A stretch of DNA of 64,000 nucleotides, taken from assembly GCA_963754105.1 (NCBI GenBank), contig CAVWEZ010000007.1, positions 315,383 through 379,382 on the forward strand, in the 5' to 3' direction. Shown here one piece after another: positions 10,385-21,289 of this stretch. Origin of the DNA: an uncultured Acidobacteriota bacterium. GTDB lineage: Bacteria; Acidobacteriota; Terriglobia; Acidiferrales; UBA7541. Position 1 is the stretch's first letter, and each line of letters starts with the position of its first letter. The translations under genes were made by a program, and so were the position numbers. Under the pieces are notes generated by a model. That model was given only the letters and a program-made list of their open reading frames with translations, ran no database searches and was not told the DNA's origin.

Positions 10385-10795
10385 ATGCGTACCGTCGTGG
10401 CTGCCGTCATCGAACATCAAGGCAAGCTGCTGGCCTGCCAGCGGCCGCGTGGCTCCCGCTACGAGCTGATGTGGGAATTTCCCGGCGGAAAAGTCGAGCC
10501 GTGGGAAACTTTGTCCGAAGCTCTCTCGCGGGAACTGCGGGAGGAACTCGGCGTGACTGTCCAGATAGGCCCGGAAGTTTTTCACACGCGCCACACCTAT
10601 GCCGATACCGACGAGCCGCTCGACCTATTCTTCTTCGCGGCGCACGCTTCGCCCGCCGAAATCCAGAATCTGGAGTTCGAGAGGATCGAATGGCGCACCC
10701 CGGAATCGCTGCGCCAACTGTCTTTTTTGGCTGCGGACCGTCCTCTGATCGACGGCCTGGCAACGGGCTCGATCCAAGTACCCTCATCGCCCTAA
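10385..10795 (+). CDS. NUDIX hydrolase (MutT-like nucleoside triphosphate pyrophosphohydrolase)
   Basis: The Nudix box GGKVEPWETLSEALSRELREELG is present in an intact 136-aa ORF. Confidence 0.8.
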   Translation: MRTVVAAVIEHQGKLLACQRPRGSRYELMWEFPGGKVEPWETLSEALSRELREELGVTVQIGPEVFHTRHTYADTDEPLDLFFFAAHASPAEIQNLEFERIEWRTPESLRQLSFLAADRPLIDGLATGSIQVPSSP

Positions 10796-10837
10796 CCAAC
10801 GCTAAACATCGGCCGCGGTTGCGGACGGCTAGTCGCT

Positions 10838-11722
10838 GTGCTACTTTCGCTCGCGGGTGTCCTTGAACTCATCTCCGTGAAAAAGTTCGAATCTTTCAAA
10901 GCTGCGAATCCTGAAGAAGCCGCGCTTCTCGAAAAGCTGGACCCGCACCGGCTTCCCAAGCACGTCGCCGCCATCATGGATGGGAACGGCCGCTGGGCGC
11001 AGCGCCGCCATTTGCCGCGGATCGCCGGCCATCGCGCCGGCGTAAAAGCCTCCCGCGTGGTGATTGAAACCTGCGCGCAATTGCACATTTCGTGCCTCAC
11101 TCTGTACGCTTTTTCGCTCGAAAACTGGCGGCGGCCGCAGCCCGAAGTGGATTTTCTGATGCGCTTGTTGCGCGAATATCTGAAACGCGAGCTGCCGCTG
11201 ATCCAGCAGAACAACATCCAATTGTTGGCCATCGGTCGCTCCAATCAGCTTCCGGAAACGGTGCGGAAGGATCTTGCCGACGCCATGCGCCAAACGGCGC
11301 GCAACACGGGAATGAAGCTCGTTCTCGCGCTCAATTACGGCGGCCGCGCGGAGCTCGCCGATGCTTTCAACGCCATGCTCGACCAGGTCCGCGCCGACGG
11401 CCTTTCTGCCTTCCATGCGGACGAGCAGACGATTTCCGATCATCTCTATACCGCCGGATTGCCCGACCCCGATCTTTTGATTCGCACTAGCGGCGAAATG
11501 CGCGTGAGCAACTTCCTGCTTTGGCAGATCGCGTACGCGGAAATGTACGTAACGGAGACGCTCTGGCCCGATTTTTCACGGGCGCGCCTGCTCGAGGCGC
11601 TCCTGGATTTTCAGGATCGCGAGCGCCGCTACGGAGGGTTGGAATCCGCGCGGGGCGCCGCGCCGGTGCATAAGAAGGAGGCTCCCGTCATCGGGCGCCT
11701 CGCACGCACGGGTCGGGGCTGA
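10838..11722 (+). CDS. uppS: Isoprenyl transferase (undecaprenyl diphosphate synthase)
   Basis: HVAAIMDGNGRWA, TLYAFSLENWRRP and IRTSGEMRVSNFLLWQIAYAE are present. The exact start is uncertain. Confidence 0.9.
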   Translation: MLLSLAGVLELISVKKFESFKAANPEEAALLEKLDPHRLPKHVAAIMDGNGRWAQRRHLPRIAGHRAGVKASRVVIETCAQLHISCLTLYAFSLENWRRPQPEVDFLMRLLREYLKRELPLIQQNNIQLLAIGRSNQLPETVRKDLADAMRQTARNTGMKLVLALNYGGRAELADAFNAMLDQVRADGLSAFHADEQTISDHLYTAGLPDPDLLIRTSGEMRVSNFLLWQIAYAEMYVTETLWPDFSRARLLEALLDFQDRERRYGGLESARGAAPVHKKEAPVIGRLARTGRG

Positions 11723-11728
11723 CGCCGG

Positions 11729-12589
11729 ATGCTTCTTCGCATTCTGACCGCTGCGGTGCTGATACCTGCCGTTGTCGCGCTGGTATGGTGGGGACCTGCC
11801 CCGCTATTGGCTGCTGCGGCAGCGCTGGTTGCGATCCTTGCTTTGCGCGAGTTTTTTAATTTGGGCGAACTCGTCGGCCTGCGCGCGTATCGCTATTGGG
11901 CATTCGCGTGTGCCGCCGGAATATTCTACGCGCAGTACGTGGCCGGTTCCGCGGACACTTTGACGCTCGGCTCCGGCGTCACGATCGTTCGACCGTCATC
12001 GAGCCCCTTTGCCATTTCCCTCGATGAAGTGCTCCTCATTTTCGTTTTCGGTTTGGTGATCGCGGGGCTCGCCACGCGCCGGCCGTTGCATGATGTGCTC
12101 TCCGCGGTATCGATCAGCTCGGCGGGACTTCTATTGATCGCGTTGCCATTCAGCTATTTGGTGCGCGTCAACGAAATCGTTCCCGGCGGCCGTGATCTCG
12201 TTCTATTTACTCTTGTTCTGATCTGGGCAGGCGACATGCTGGCCTATTTCACTGGGCGGACTTTCGGACGCATACCGTTCGCACCAATACTAAGCCCCAA
12301 AAAAACGTGGGAGGGGGCGATAGCAAATTTTGTGGCTTCGCTGCTGGTTGCGGTGGCTTTCGCGCGGTGGACGCAAGTGAGCGTCGTCACCCTTACAGTT
12401 GTCGCGGGGCTCGCGAACATCGCCGGTCAAATGGGAGATTTGATCAAGTCGGCTTATAAGCGCGCCGCTTCCGTGAAGGATTCGGGCACGCTTCTGCCAG
12501 GGCACGGCGGAATGCTGGATCGCATCGATAGCCTAATCCTTGCCAGCCCGGTCGTCTGGCTAGCCTGGCACTGGCTCGCCCCAAAGTAG
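11729..12589 (+). CDS. cdsA: Phosphatidate cytidylyltransferase
   Basis: A 286-aa membrane ORF with SPKKTWEG...GDLIKSAYKRAASVKDSGTLLPGHGGMLDRIDS. Confidence 0.9.
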   Translation: MLLRILTAAVLIPAVVALVWWGPAPLLAAAAALVAILALREFFNLGELVGLRAYRYWAFACAAGIFYAQYVAGSADTLTLGSGVTIVRPSSSPFAISLDEVLLIFVFGLVIAGLATRRPLHDVLSAVSISSAGLLLIALPFSYLVRVNEIVPGGRDLVLFTLVLIWAGDMLAYFTGRTFGRIPFAPILSPKKTWEGAIANFVASLLVAVAFARWTQVSVVTLTVVAGLANIAGQMGDLIKSAYKRAASVKDSGTLLPGHGGMLDRIDSLILASPVVWLAWHWLAPK

Positions 12590-12613
12590 CATCGCGAACT
12601 ACCCTCATGGCCT

Positions 12614-12688
12614 GTCATCCCGAACGAAATCCCGCGCTTTTCCCTCCGCCAGCGTCGTGTGCGGGCGCGGGACGTAGAGAGGGATCTG
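12614..12688 (+). repeat. Degenerate family-A-like intergenic element
   Basis: gtcatcccgaacgaaatcccgcgc...gcgggcgcgggacgtagagagggatctg aligns block by block with the reverse complement of 803-887. Confidence 0.35.
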
Positions 12689-12773
12689 CTGTTTCCTTTT
12701 TTGGCCTCTAGGTGTCTCGGTGGCGAGTGTTTTTGGCTTGCTCTTCACGGCCTCGGAAGGGGAAGTCCTCGTG

Positions 12774-13166
12774 CTACGAAGCAACCCCCTTCGCAGCGGA
12801 TCGAAACTCTCTCGCGCATTCATCGCAAGGACAAAGCTCCCGCAGGCAAGCGAAGCTGTAGATTCCCGTGGTGTGTGCGTCGGAGAACTCTATCTGAATG
12901 GCGTAATTGCCCACCGCCTTGGCTGCTTTAGCCGTCACGCGCGGCTTGTACATCGGCAGCACCGCCGCAGCGGCCGCCGCTTTCGGATCGGCTTCCTTCT
13001 TCGCGCGTTCGTCGTTGCATGTCGCGCAGGGGCAGTTCTCGCGCAAGTAGGGAAAATCGTAGCGGCTCGTGTGCCCGTCGGACCAGGTAATCGCCACGCC
13101 CTCGCCCGTGGACACGAAGACCTTCACGTCCTCCGGTTTCTTCCGCGCATCAATCGGTATCGGCAT
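12774..13166 (-). CDS. DUF971 domain protein (gamma-butyrobetaine hydroxylase-like N-terminal domain)
   Basis: An intact 130-aa ORF with the pattern WSDGHTSRYDFPYLRENCPCATC...YAIQIEFSDAHTTGIYSFACLRELCPCDEC. Confidence 0.7.
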   Translation of the reverse strand: MPIPIDARKKPEDVKVFVSTGEGVAITWSDGHTSRYDFPYLRENCPCATCNDERAKKEADPKAAAAAAVLPMYKPRVTAKAAKAVGNYAIQIEFSDAHTTGIYSFACLRELCPCDECAREFRSAAKGVAS

Positions 13167-13254
13167 TTTAGTTATTCTAGCAAACGGCGTGGTTCTTTGC
13201 GGGCCTGGCGCGGATGCGGCTGCGCATTTTCGATCAAACGTGAAAGTCTATCCC

Positions 13255-13371
13255 GTCATTCTGAGCGGAGTGTCCCGCGCTTTTTGTTTTGCGCGAAGCG
13301 CCGGGACGCCAAACAGGGCTCCCAGGTCGACGGTTAGTCGAGCCTGGGATAGGTCGCAGAATCTCTCTTGG
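13255..13371 (+). repeat. Intergenic repeat family A, copy 1 (about 117 nt, two hairpins)
   Basis: gtcattctgagcggagtgtcccgcgc...gcgcgaagcgccgggac...ggctcccaggtcgacggttagtcgagcctggga...aatctctcttgg. It is near-identical to 16664-16780 and 49939-50056. Confidence 0.85.
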
Positions 13372-13428
13372 ATTGCCCAGCGGCTTCTCTTTTGGCTCGT
13401 CGCCGTCGGATGAAGCAGAGCCCCTGTT

Positions 13429-14262
13429 CTATTCAAACCGGAACGGTGGGTTCTCGGGTGCGCGGTCCGCGCAGGAACGGACGTGTTCGATGCCGCCCCA
13501 ATCGTGGAATAGCGTTTCCGTCCGCTCGTTGATCTCTTCAAGTGACATCGGTCGATGCTCGCCTGAGCCTGGAAATACCAGGTACAGAATGCCGCCCCAT
13601 CTACCGCCGCGGCGCGCATCCGACCAAATTCCCAGATTATCCGCAAGCGCGATCGAACCCTCGCCGAGCCTCCCGATGTCCGCGAAAATCGCGTATGCGG
13701 ACCTGCCGTCTCGCATGTTCACCACAACCGCCAAATCTCCCAACCGCGCGCCCGACTCGTGGGCCAACTCTCCGGGCAGCGCAATGTACGGGATCTTCGA
13801 AGCGTCCACATATCGCCTCGGATCGACGCGTTCTTTCGTCCAATCCGAAAGCGCCGTGCAGGAAATGTAATATCCAGGGAACGGGTCACCAGGCCCTTGA
13901 ACCACGGGATTTCCTTCGTCGTCCGCAATAATGCCGTCCCAGTGCTCCGGTTGCCCTGCGTTGGAAAGGTCGTCCAATCCGGTGTCTTCCGGATTGTAGG
14001 CGTTCGGCGCTCCATCAGCGTCAATCATCAGGCCGGACGTGAAGAAAAAAGCTGCGTCGTCCTGCAATCGCCAGATCGGCACTTGCCGCACAGCCTGCCC
14101 ACCCCGATAAACATCGAAATTCAGCAGCAGCGACCTCGTCGGGCAGCTATTCAATGAGTCCACAGCGCCATTCAGCGCAGCCGTCTGAATATTCCGCGCG
14201 AGGCCCGACGCAGGAAGCGCCAGCGCGACCATCAATGGGAAAATTCTTCCGATCCGTTGCAT
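13429..14262 (-). CDS. Secreted GH75 (chitosanase-like) family protein, tentative
   Basis: The start is placed at MQRIGRIFPLMVALALPASGLA (signal peptide), although the ORF extends to 14406. GLMIDADGAPNAYNPED...PGYYIS...RYVDASKIPYIALPG...GDLAVVVN resembles bacterial GH75-like proteins from memory. Confidence 0.5.
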   Translation of the reverse strand: MQRIGRIFPLMVALALPASGLARNIQTAALNGAVDSLNSCPTRSLLLNFDVYRGGQAVRQVPIWRLQDDAAFFFTSGLMIDADGAPNAYNPEDTGLDDLSNAGQPEHWDGIIADDEGNPVVQGPGDPFPGYYISCTALSDWTKERVDPRRYVDASKIPYIALPGELAHESGARLGDLAVVVNMRDGRSAYAIFADIGRLGEGSIALADNLGIWSDARRGGRWGGILYLVFPGSGEHRPMSLEEINERTETLFHDWGGIEHVRSCADRAPENPPFRFE

Positions 14263-14469
14263 GGGGAACACAATTATACACCGCTGCCTCTTATCCGCGG
14301 TCGTTGGCTGCACGCCGGTGCGGCTCTCTTGATGGGTCCGAAACGTGCGACAAAGAATACGGGACCCCAGTCGGAACCGCACTGGGTGTATAAGTGTACC
14401 CCGCAAGTCGAAATCGGTCAGCGAGTGGCGTAGCTGGCCCGATCAAGAAAAAGTTCCAGCGGAGAACGC

Positions 14470-16555
14470 ATGCATCGCGATTCGTATCGGCGCGCACTAC
14501 TGGCCATGGTGGCAGTCTCGGTACTGACCATCACTGGTTGCGCTCGACACGTCCAAGTGGACGACGCTGCGCTTCGAGCCGCGGATTCCGATTCCGCGAA
14601 CTGGATCACCTATGGTCGTACATACTCCGAGCAGCGTTTCAGTCCTCTCAAGCAAATTGATGAGCAGAGCGTCGAGCCGGTTGGGGCTCGCCTGGTCCAT
14701 GGATTTTCCAACCCTGCGCGCATACGAAGCCACTCCGCTGGTGAAAGATGGCGTGATGTATACCACGGGCGCTTGGAGCGTCGTCTATGCCGTGAACGCG
14801 CGAACCGGTGCCCTGCTGTGGACCTACGATCCACACGTCCCCAAGGACTACTCGAAATTCGCGTGCTGCGATGTCGTGAATCGCGGAGTCGCGCTCTATA
14901 AAGGACGTGTCTACGTGGCCGCGCTGGACGGGCGACTGATCGCGCTCGACGCCAAAACGGGCGCAGTCGCGTGGCAAGTGCAAACCACGCCCAAGGGCCA
15001 ACCGTATTCCATCACCGCCGCGCCGCGCATTGCCAAGGGCCGGGTTCTGATCGGCAACGGAGGATCGGAATATGCGGTGCGCGGCTACGTTTCCGCCTAC
15101 GATGCCGAAACCGGAAAACTGGCGTGGAGAACCTACACCGTCCCGGGTGATCCCTCGCAGCCAGGTGAGTCCGACGCGTTGCGCCAGGCCGCCAACACTT
15201 GGCAGGGCCAATGGTGGAAACTCGGCGGCGGAGGAAGCCCGTGGGATAGCCTCGTCTACGACCCCGATCTCGGCCTGGTTTACGTCGGAACGGGAAACGG
15301 ATCTCCCTGGTACGACCAGGTTCGCGGCAAGGGAGATGATCTTTACATCGCCTCCATCCTCGCGCTCCGCGCCGACACTGGCGAACAGGTCTGGCACTAT
15401 CAAACTACGCCGGGTGACAACTGGGATTTCGATGCCACTCAGCCCCTCTTGCTCGCCACTCTCACCATAGACGGACAGCAGCGCCGCGTTTTGATGCAGG
15501 CCAATAAGAACGGCTTCTTTTACGTCTTAGATCGCGAGAAGGGCTCGCTTATCTCCGCCACTCCATTCACCGAAATCAATTGGGCAACCGGTATTGATTC
15601 GAGCGGGCGTCCCGTGGAAAACCCTGAAATCCGCGCGATGAAAGACGCCACGATCGTGAAACCTTCCACTGAGGGCGGGCACAATTGGAACCCGATCTCA
15701 TTCAATCCAATGACCGGGCTTGTGTATCTCAGCGTGCTCGATAGCGCCTCGATCCACGCGACGCCGCGCGACTGGAAAATCGATCTTCACGATCAGACCA
15801 CTGCCTCAGACAGAGGCTATCGCGGACCTGTGCGAGACCAATGGCTCAGGCTTCAGTCGAAGGGACGTCTGGTCGCATGGGATCCAGTTGCACGTCGCGA
15901 AGTGTGGCACGCGGACCAGCCTTTTCCCAGGAGTGGCGGAACGCTGACCACGGCCGGGAATCTTGTCTTTCAGGGCAGAGCCGACGGAAAATTCATCGCC
16001 TATCGTGCCGCCGACGGCAACCCGCTGTGGGAATTCGACACCGGCGTCGGGATTTCAGCCGGACCAATGACCTACTCCGTGGACGGAACCCAATACGTCG
16101 CAGTGATGGCCGGATGGGGCGGACCCACGACGCTTGGCAATCGATCCATCGGCAAGGGAAAGATCGGGAATGGAAGACTCGCCGTCTTTTCAATCGGAGG
16201 AACCGCGACGCTCAAACAACGCGCTCAGCCAGCCGTTCCGCCGGTCCCTATGCCAACCTTCAAGCTCACTGTATCTTCGCGTGAGATCGATCAGGGATCG
16301 AATCTGTTCGCGGCGTTCTGCGCGCGCTGCCATGGCGGCGACGCAGTAAGCAGCGGGCTCGTGCCAGACCTGCGCTACACCAACGAGTCCAAGCACGAAA
16401 TCTTTCAACCAATTGTTCGAGGCGGCGCTTTGCGGGAGCTAGGTATGCCGTCATTCTCCGAGGACCTTACCGCTGCACAGGTCCGCTCCATCGAAGGCTA
16501 CATCCTAAAACGTGCCCGCGAATCCGCTCAGGCAGACGCCGCCGCAAAGCATTGA
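14470..16555 (+). pseudogene. PQQ-dependent quinohemoprotein alcohol dehydrogenase; frame interrupted near 14665-14680
   Basis: A lipoprotein-like N-terminus followed by NWITYGRTYSEQRFSPLKQI lies in one frame. The other frame reads RLGLAWSMDF...ATPLVKDGVMYTTG...FACCDVVNRG...PGDNWDFDATQP. A C-terminal cytochrome c domain carries CARCH. Confidence 0.85.
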
Positions 16556-16663
16556 GTGCCGAGGTCAGCGTCGCCCGTTCGCGTTTCGTCATTCTGCCTG
16601 CACTTAGCAAGGAAGGGAGCATAGCCCGCGCCGGCTGTGCATTTCGCAGTTCCGTCTCGCGCC

Positions 16664-16780
16664 GTCATTCCGAGCGGAGTGTCCCGCGCCTTTGTTTTTG
16701 CGCGAAACGCCGGGACCAGGAAGGGCTCCCGGGTCGACGGCTAGTCGAGCCCGGGAGATAAGTCGAGGAATCTCTCTTCG
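16664..16780 (+). repeat. Intergenic repeat family A, copy 2
   Basis: Its architecture matches 13255-13371. The second hairpin reads ctcccgggtcgac/gtcgagcccgggag, a paired change relative to copy 1. Confidence 0.85.
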
Positions 16781-16857
16781 ATTTCGGTAAAACCGCAATC
16801 TACTGCGAATCGCCCTCCGCCGTGTAGAATGGTCTTTCCTCCTACGGAGGTATCGCC

Positions 16858-17244
16858 ATGGCCAACAGCTATCTGCTAAAAACCGAAGCTTCCGCATATT
16901 CCTTCGAGGACCTTCAGCGCGACGGCACCACAGTCTGGGACGGTGTCTCGAATCCGGTTGCCCTACGGAATCTGCGCGAAATGCAGCCAGGCGCGAAACT
17001 CGTGATTTACGAAACGGGCGACCGCAAAAGCGCAGTAGGCACTGCGACAGCCGTCTCGGTCGATGCTTCAAACCCGAAAAACCCCGAAGTGAAAATCAAA
17101 GGAGGAAAGCCGCTGCCAAAGCCCGTCACCCTCGCGGAAATCAAAGCCAACAAGCTATTCTCCGACTCGCCTCTAGTCCGCCAAGGACGCCTCTCCGTCG
17201 TCCCTCTCACCGCCGACCAATACAAATTCCTCGCCGGTTCGTAA
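16858..17244 (+). CDS. EVE (PUA-like) domain protein
   Basis: An intact 128-aa ORF reading YLLKTEASAYSFEDLQRDGTTVWDGVSNPVALRNLREMQPGAKLVIYETG...RLSVVPL. Confidence 0.8.
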   Translation: MANSYLLKTEASAYSFEDLQRDGTTVWDGVSNPVALRNLREMQPGAKLVIYETGDRKSAVGTATAVSVDASNPKNPEVKIKGGKPLPKPVTLAEIKANKLFSDSPLVRQGRLSVVPLTADQYKFLAGS

Positions 17245-17558
17245 TCGACTCGAACTGCCCCGCGCAAGAGTCCACAGGTTTTTCTTCCTTGCATTTGTCA
17301 TCTGCTTGCTAGTCTGAGCCCGTGACGATGAGAACCATGGATTTTGGCGGCGAAGAGAAGTGGCTCTGGGCCTGGAGGAGTCGCAGTGCGCCCTCTTCTA
17401 GCGGGCGCCGAGCTTCGCGAAAACCGCTCGAGCTCCTCCACGGCTTATTCGACACAGGAGCCGAGTAGAATACGATGCAAGTTATTCAAAACAAAGGATC
17501 GGCGCACACTCTCACTCGACACTCTTCGAAGGGGTCGAATGGACTCCTCAAACGCGGA

Positions 17559-18240
17559 TTACAACCTGCGCCAGTCGGCCATGAGCCAGATCGATCCGCC
17601 GGTCAGCCAGCGCCCAATCGACGGCGCGTGCGTCACCATCAGAATCGTGTGGCCCTCGGAGTGCAGTTCGCGCAGCAGCCGCAGAACGATCTCCTCGTTG
17701 GCTTCATCAAGATTTCCCGTCGGCTCATCGGCGAGAATCAGTTTCGGATGGTTGATCAGCGCCCGCGCCACGGCCACGCGCTGCTGTTCGCCGCCGGAAA
17801 GCTGGGCCGGCAAATGTTCCATGCGATCCCCCAGGCCCACCCGCTCGAGCGCCTGCCGCGCCTCGTTCTCATCCGTGGTGCTGTGAAAATACTGCGCCAG
17901 CATCACGTTTTCAAGCGCAGTCAGATAAGGAACCAGGTGAAACTGCTGAAAGATAAACCCGATTTTCTCCGCGCGAAAGCGCGTCGAGCCCGCTTTCATC
18001 CAGCCGCGCCACATCGGTGCCGTCCACCAGCGCCCGTCCGGAGGTCGGCGTGTCCAGGCCGCCCAGAATATTGATCAGCGTCGTCTTGCCCGAGCCCGAA
18101 GGCCCCATGATGGCGATCCATTCCCCGGCGTCCACGTCGAACGACACGCCATCGAGCGCGCGCACGCTCCCGAACTCCTTTCGCAGATCCTCGATTTGGA
18201 CCAGCGCCTGCGTCATCCGATTGTAGATCTCCGTTGTCAT
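17559..18240 (-). pseudogene. ABC transporter ATP-binding protein (MacB/LolD-like); frame interrupted near 17990-18010
   Basis: The N-terminus (MTTEIYNRMTQALVQIEDLRKEFG...IMGPSGSGKTTLINILGGLD) lies in the tail of ORF 17911-18831. The rest (IGFIFQQFHLVPYLTALENV...LSGGEQQRVAVARAL...ILADEPTGNLD) lies in ORF 17559-18014. Confidence 0.85.
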
Positions 18241-18311
18241 CCCGAACCCGGTCGCGCCGTATGCGAACCGGGGTGAGGGATCTGCTTTTAGCTTTGCGCT
18301 TGAGGAACATC

Positions 18312-19461
18312 CTACTCTCCGCGCAAAATTACCGCGGGCTTCACCTTTCCCAGCGCGCGCAGCGGCAGCGCTCCGGCCATCCACGCGATCGCCATCATCA
18401 CAATCGTCAGCGGGAAAATTTCCCAGCGCGCTGCAATGGACGCGCCGAACACGCGCTCGCCCATCCAACGCGCCAGCGCGAAACCCGCCATGCAGCCGAC
18501 CAGCTCCGCCTGCCGCGCCGAGCACTCCCACTTCCGCCAGAAACAGCCCCACGATCCGCGCAATCGATCCGCCCAGCGCCTTCATCAAGCCCACATCTTC
18601 GCGCCGCTCCATCGCCAGCGCCGCCATCGTCGCCAGCACGCACAGCGCCGTCAGCGCCAGAATCAGCACGACGATGGACGCGATCAGCAACCGCGTGCGT
18701 TGCAGCAGATTGCCTTCGGCTTCCGTCACCTGCCGGATGGGACGCACATCATAGCCGGGAAGGGAACTCGCCAGTTGCGCCGCGTAGGCGCCGATACTCG
18801 CCGCCGTGCCGCTCACGCTCATCTGCACCAATTCGATTTGCCCGCGCGTCGCGGCAGTTGTTGCGCCGCGGAAAGGTCACGAAAACTTGATTGTCCTTCA
18901 GCGGCGCCGGCATCAACTGCGCCCGCGATTCCAAAGCTGGCGCTGCGGCCAAGATAGTTCAACGTGATCTTGTCGCCCGGAGCGAAATTAAACTGCCGGG
19001 CGGCGTTGCGGCCGACGATGCATGCGCGTCATCCTCGCGCGACGCGACCTTGCCCTTAATCTTCCAGGTAGGCTCGAGTTCGCAAGCTGGTTGAGCCAGG
19101 TGCCGGCCACCACCACAGGAGTATCTTGATTACGGGCCACGATATACAGAAACGGCGCGGCGCCCACCACTTCGGCGCGTGTGCAGTCGCTGGAGTTGAT
19201 TCAGCACGGCGCTTTGATCCATCAAATCTGGCGAGCCCGGCGTGCCCACGGCGCCACGCCCGCTCCCGACGTCCTGCCGCGGGAAATAACCAGATTCGCG
19301 CCCAACAGCGCGAAACTCGTGCGCCAGCTTTTCCCGCATGTCGAACTGAAGATTCAGCAGCCCGAGATCACCGTCGCGCCACTGATCACTGCCACAAGTG
19401 CCACGGCAAGGCGGCCGCGATTGCCGCGGAGCAATTTCCAGAGCATGCGGCCGAACATCAT
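18312..19461 (-). pseudogene. ABC transporter permease, FtsX/MacB-type; several frame interruptions
   Basis: The start MMFGRMLWKLLRGNRGRLAVALVAVISGATVISG overlaps the stop of the upstream permease (ATGA). The C-terminal FtsX domain pieces are ...MKALGGSIARIVGLFLAEVGVLG and ...FALARWMGERVFGASIAARWEIFPLTIVMMAIAW...LRALGKVKPAVILRGE. Confidence 0.75.
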
Positions 19462-20753
19462 TCGCCCCGCAGAATCGGCGCGGGATCGAAATGCGCCGCC
19501 CGCCGCAAGGGAATCAGACCGCCAGCCAGCGCCACGAGCGCCGCAAGCCCCAGAACAATCGGCAGAAGGACAATTCGTGGCGATGCCGGCGCACCGAAGA
19601 CACTTTCTCCGAGAAAACGCGCAAGACCGTGCCAAAGACAAACCCGATCGCTCCGCCGATGAGCGCCAGCATCAAGTGCTCCGCCAGAAATAGCGCCGAG
19701 ATGGACGTGTTCGTCGCGCCGATCGCTTTCATAATCCCGATCTCCGCGCGCCGCTCGAGCACGGCGGCGGCAGACGTGGCTGCCACGGCAAGCCCGCCGC
19801 CATCAGCGCGGCCAGCGTCACGATCCACAGCAGCGTGCTCACATGAGAAAGAATCTTGCCCTCGGTATCCGCCACCCGCCGGATCGCATGCACATCCGTT
19901 CCGGGCAGCACTGCTTCAATCTGGTAGCTGATCGACGAGATGTAGGGCGAGCAGAACCAGCGGTCGTATTCGGTTGGCGTCAGCGAATGCGGATCGCGGC
20001 CGCCAGCGCGTCGGCCGGCTTGGTCAGTGCGCTCACAAAAAGCTGCCGGAATTGCCCGGGATGACCAGAAAGATTTTGCGCGACCGAAAGCGGAACCAGC
20101 AGGGCATTGTCCTCGCGTCGCCCGTCGAAACGATGCCCGTCACGACCAGCGGGCGCGTAGAGCCCGAATTCTCCGTTCTCCGCCACATATATCGTTTTGC
20201 CGATCGTGAAAGTATCGAGGCTGCTTCGCAGCCAGCGCCTCGCCCACCACGGCTTCCTTGCGCCATCCTGAAACCAGCGGCCTTCGAATTTTCCACCAGG
20301 GATGCGTCGACGCTCAGCGCCCGTTTTGAACGCCGTTCCGTCCGGCACCGGAACATCGTGTTCGTACCATGTGCCGATCAAGTGCGTCAGTTTCGCCTGT
20401 GCGCCGCCGGGACCGACATACGCCGGCACGTCGAGGAATGGCGTGAAACCCAGAATATTGTGGCGCCAGAAAATCGTTTTAAGCTTGCCCAGATCCGCTT
20501 CTCGCAGGTAGGCGCCTTCGTCCACCGGACGATAATCCACGCCGCCGATTTCGACGGGCAGCGTATCCGACTGCGGCGTCACCATCAGGTTCGCGCCCAG
20601 GCTGCGAAATTCGCGCGCCATGCGGTCGCCCACTTCGAGCGCGATCGTCAGCGTGGCGGTCGCTACGGCCATGCCCACCACCAGCGCCGCCGCGGTCAAA
20701 ATTTTGCGGCGCGGATTGCGAACGAACGATTCGCCCACGAGGCGTGCGAACAT
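19458..20753 (-). pseudogene. ABC transporter permease, FtsX/MacB-type; several frame interruptions
   Basis: The N-terminus MFARLVGESFVRNPRRKILTAAALVVGMAVATATL is followed by a large periplasmic region. FtsX pieces are spread over three frames (ERRAEIGIMKAIGATNTSISALFLAEHLMLALIGGAIGFVFG..., ...LIPLRRAAHFDPAPILRGE). Confidence 0.75.
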
Positions 20754-20755
20754 TT

Positions 20756-21289
20756 TTAAGAGTGAATCATCGCGTTAGCGTTGGCCAGCGCCGAAAGATC
20801 GACGATCACTTCTCCTCCCGCCACTCGTCGATTTCACCGGAATCGGATTGCATCCGCCGCGATCGCCGATCGACGGAATGTAAATCGAGGCGCCGCAATT
20901 CCGGCAGATGACGTTTTGGCCCTCCTGCCGGTAGCCGCGCGGCCGCAAATCTCGCAGGCGTCGAGCGCGGTGGCGTAGTCGCCGTTGGTCTGGTGAATCA
21001 CCATGAAGCGAATCACGGTGCCGTTCACGTCGGCGGTATAAAAGTGCAGGCTGAATCGGTCAGTTCGGAGAGCGGAATGCGGACTTCGTCGTTTTGCGCG
21101 CGTCGAGCGATCTGCGCGGGCTGCCGGAGCGTTCATCGCGTGCGTGTACGCAAATTCCGCCGCCAGCGACACGACCACCAGCACGCACAGGATTGCCGCG
21201 GCAAAGCTCCATCGCCGCTGCCGGCGAAATTCCCATTCGCGCAAGCGGCGTTCGGCGGGATTGGCGGTAGCGTTCTCGGCCGGCTGGCG
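20756..21289 (-). pseudogene. DUF2318-type Cys-rich membrane protein (FTR1-associated); at least 3 frame interruptions, and the upstream boundary is not resolvable
   Basis: Pieces in three frames read WSFAAAILCVLVVVSLAAEF (TM), VRIPLSELTD, LHFYTADVNGTVIRFMVIHQTNGDYATALDACEICG, YRQEGQNVICRNCGASIYIPSIGDRGGCNPIP and GGEVIVDLSALANANAMIHS-stop. No clean stop or start separates it from FTR1. Confidence 0.6.

Noticed and set aside
13255-16780. The possibility that the repeated 117-nt elements form a CRISPR array.
   Set aside because: The copies are kilobases apart, separated by genes, too long, and internally structured. No short regularly spaced repeat-spacer pattern or cas genes were seen anywhere in the window.
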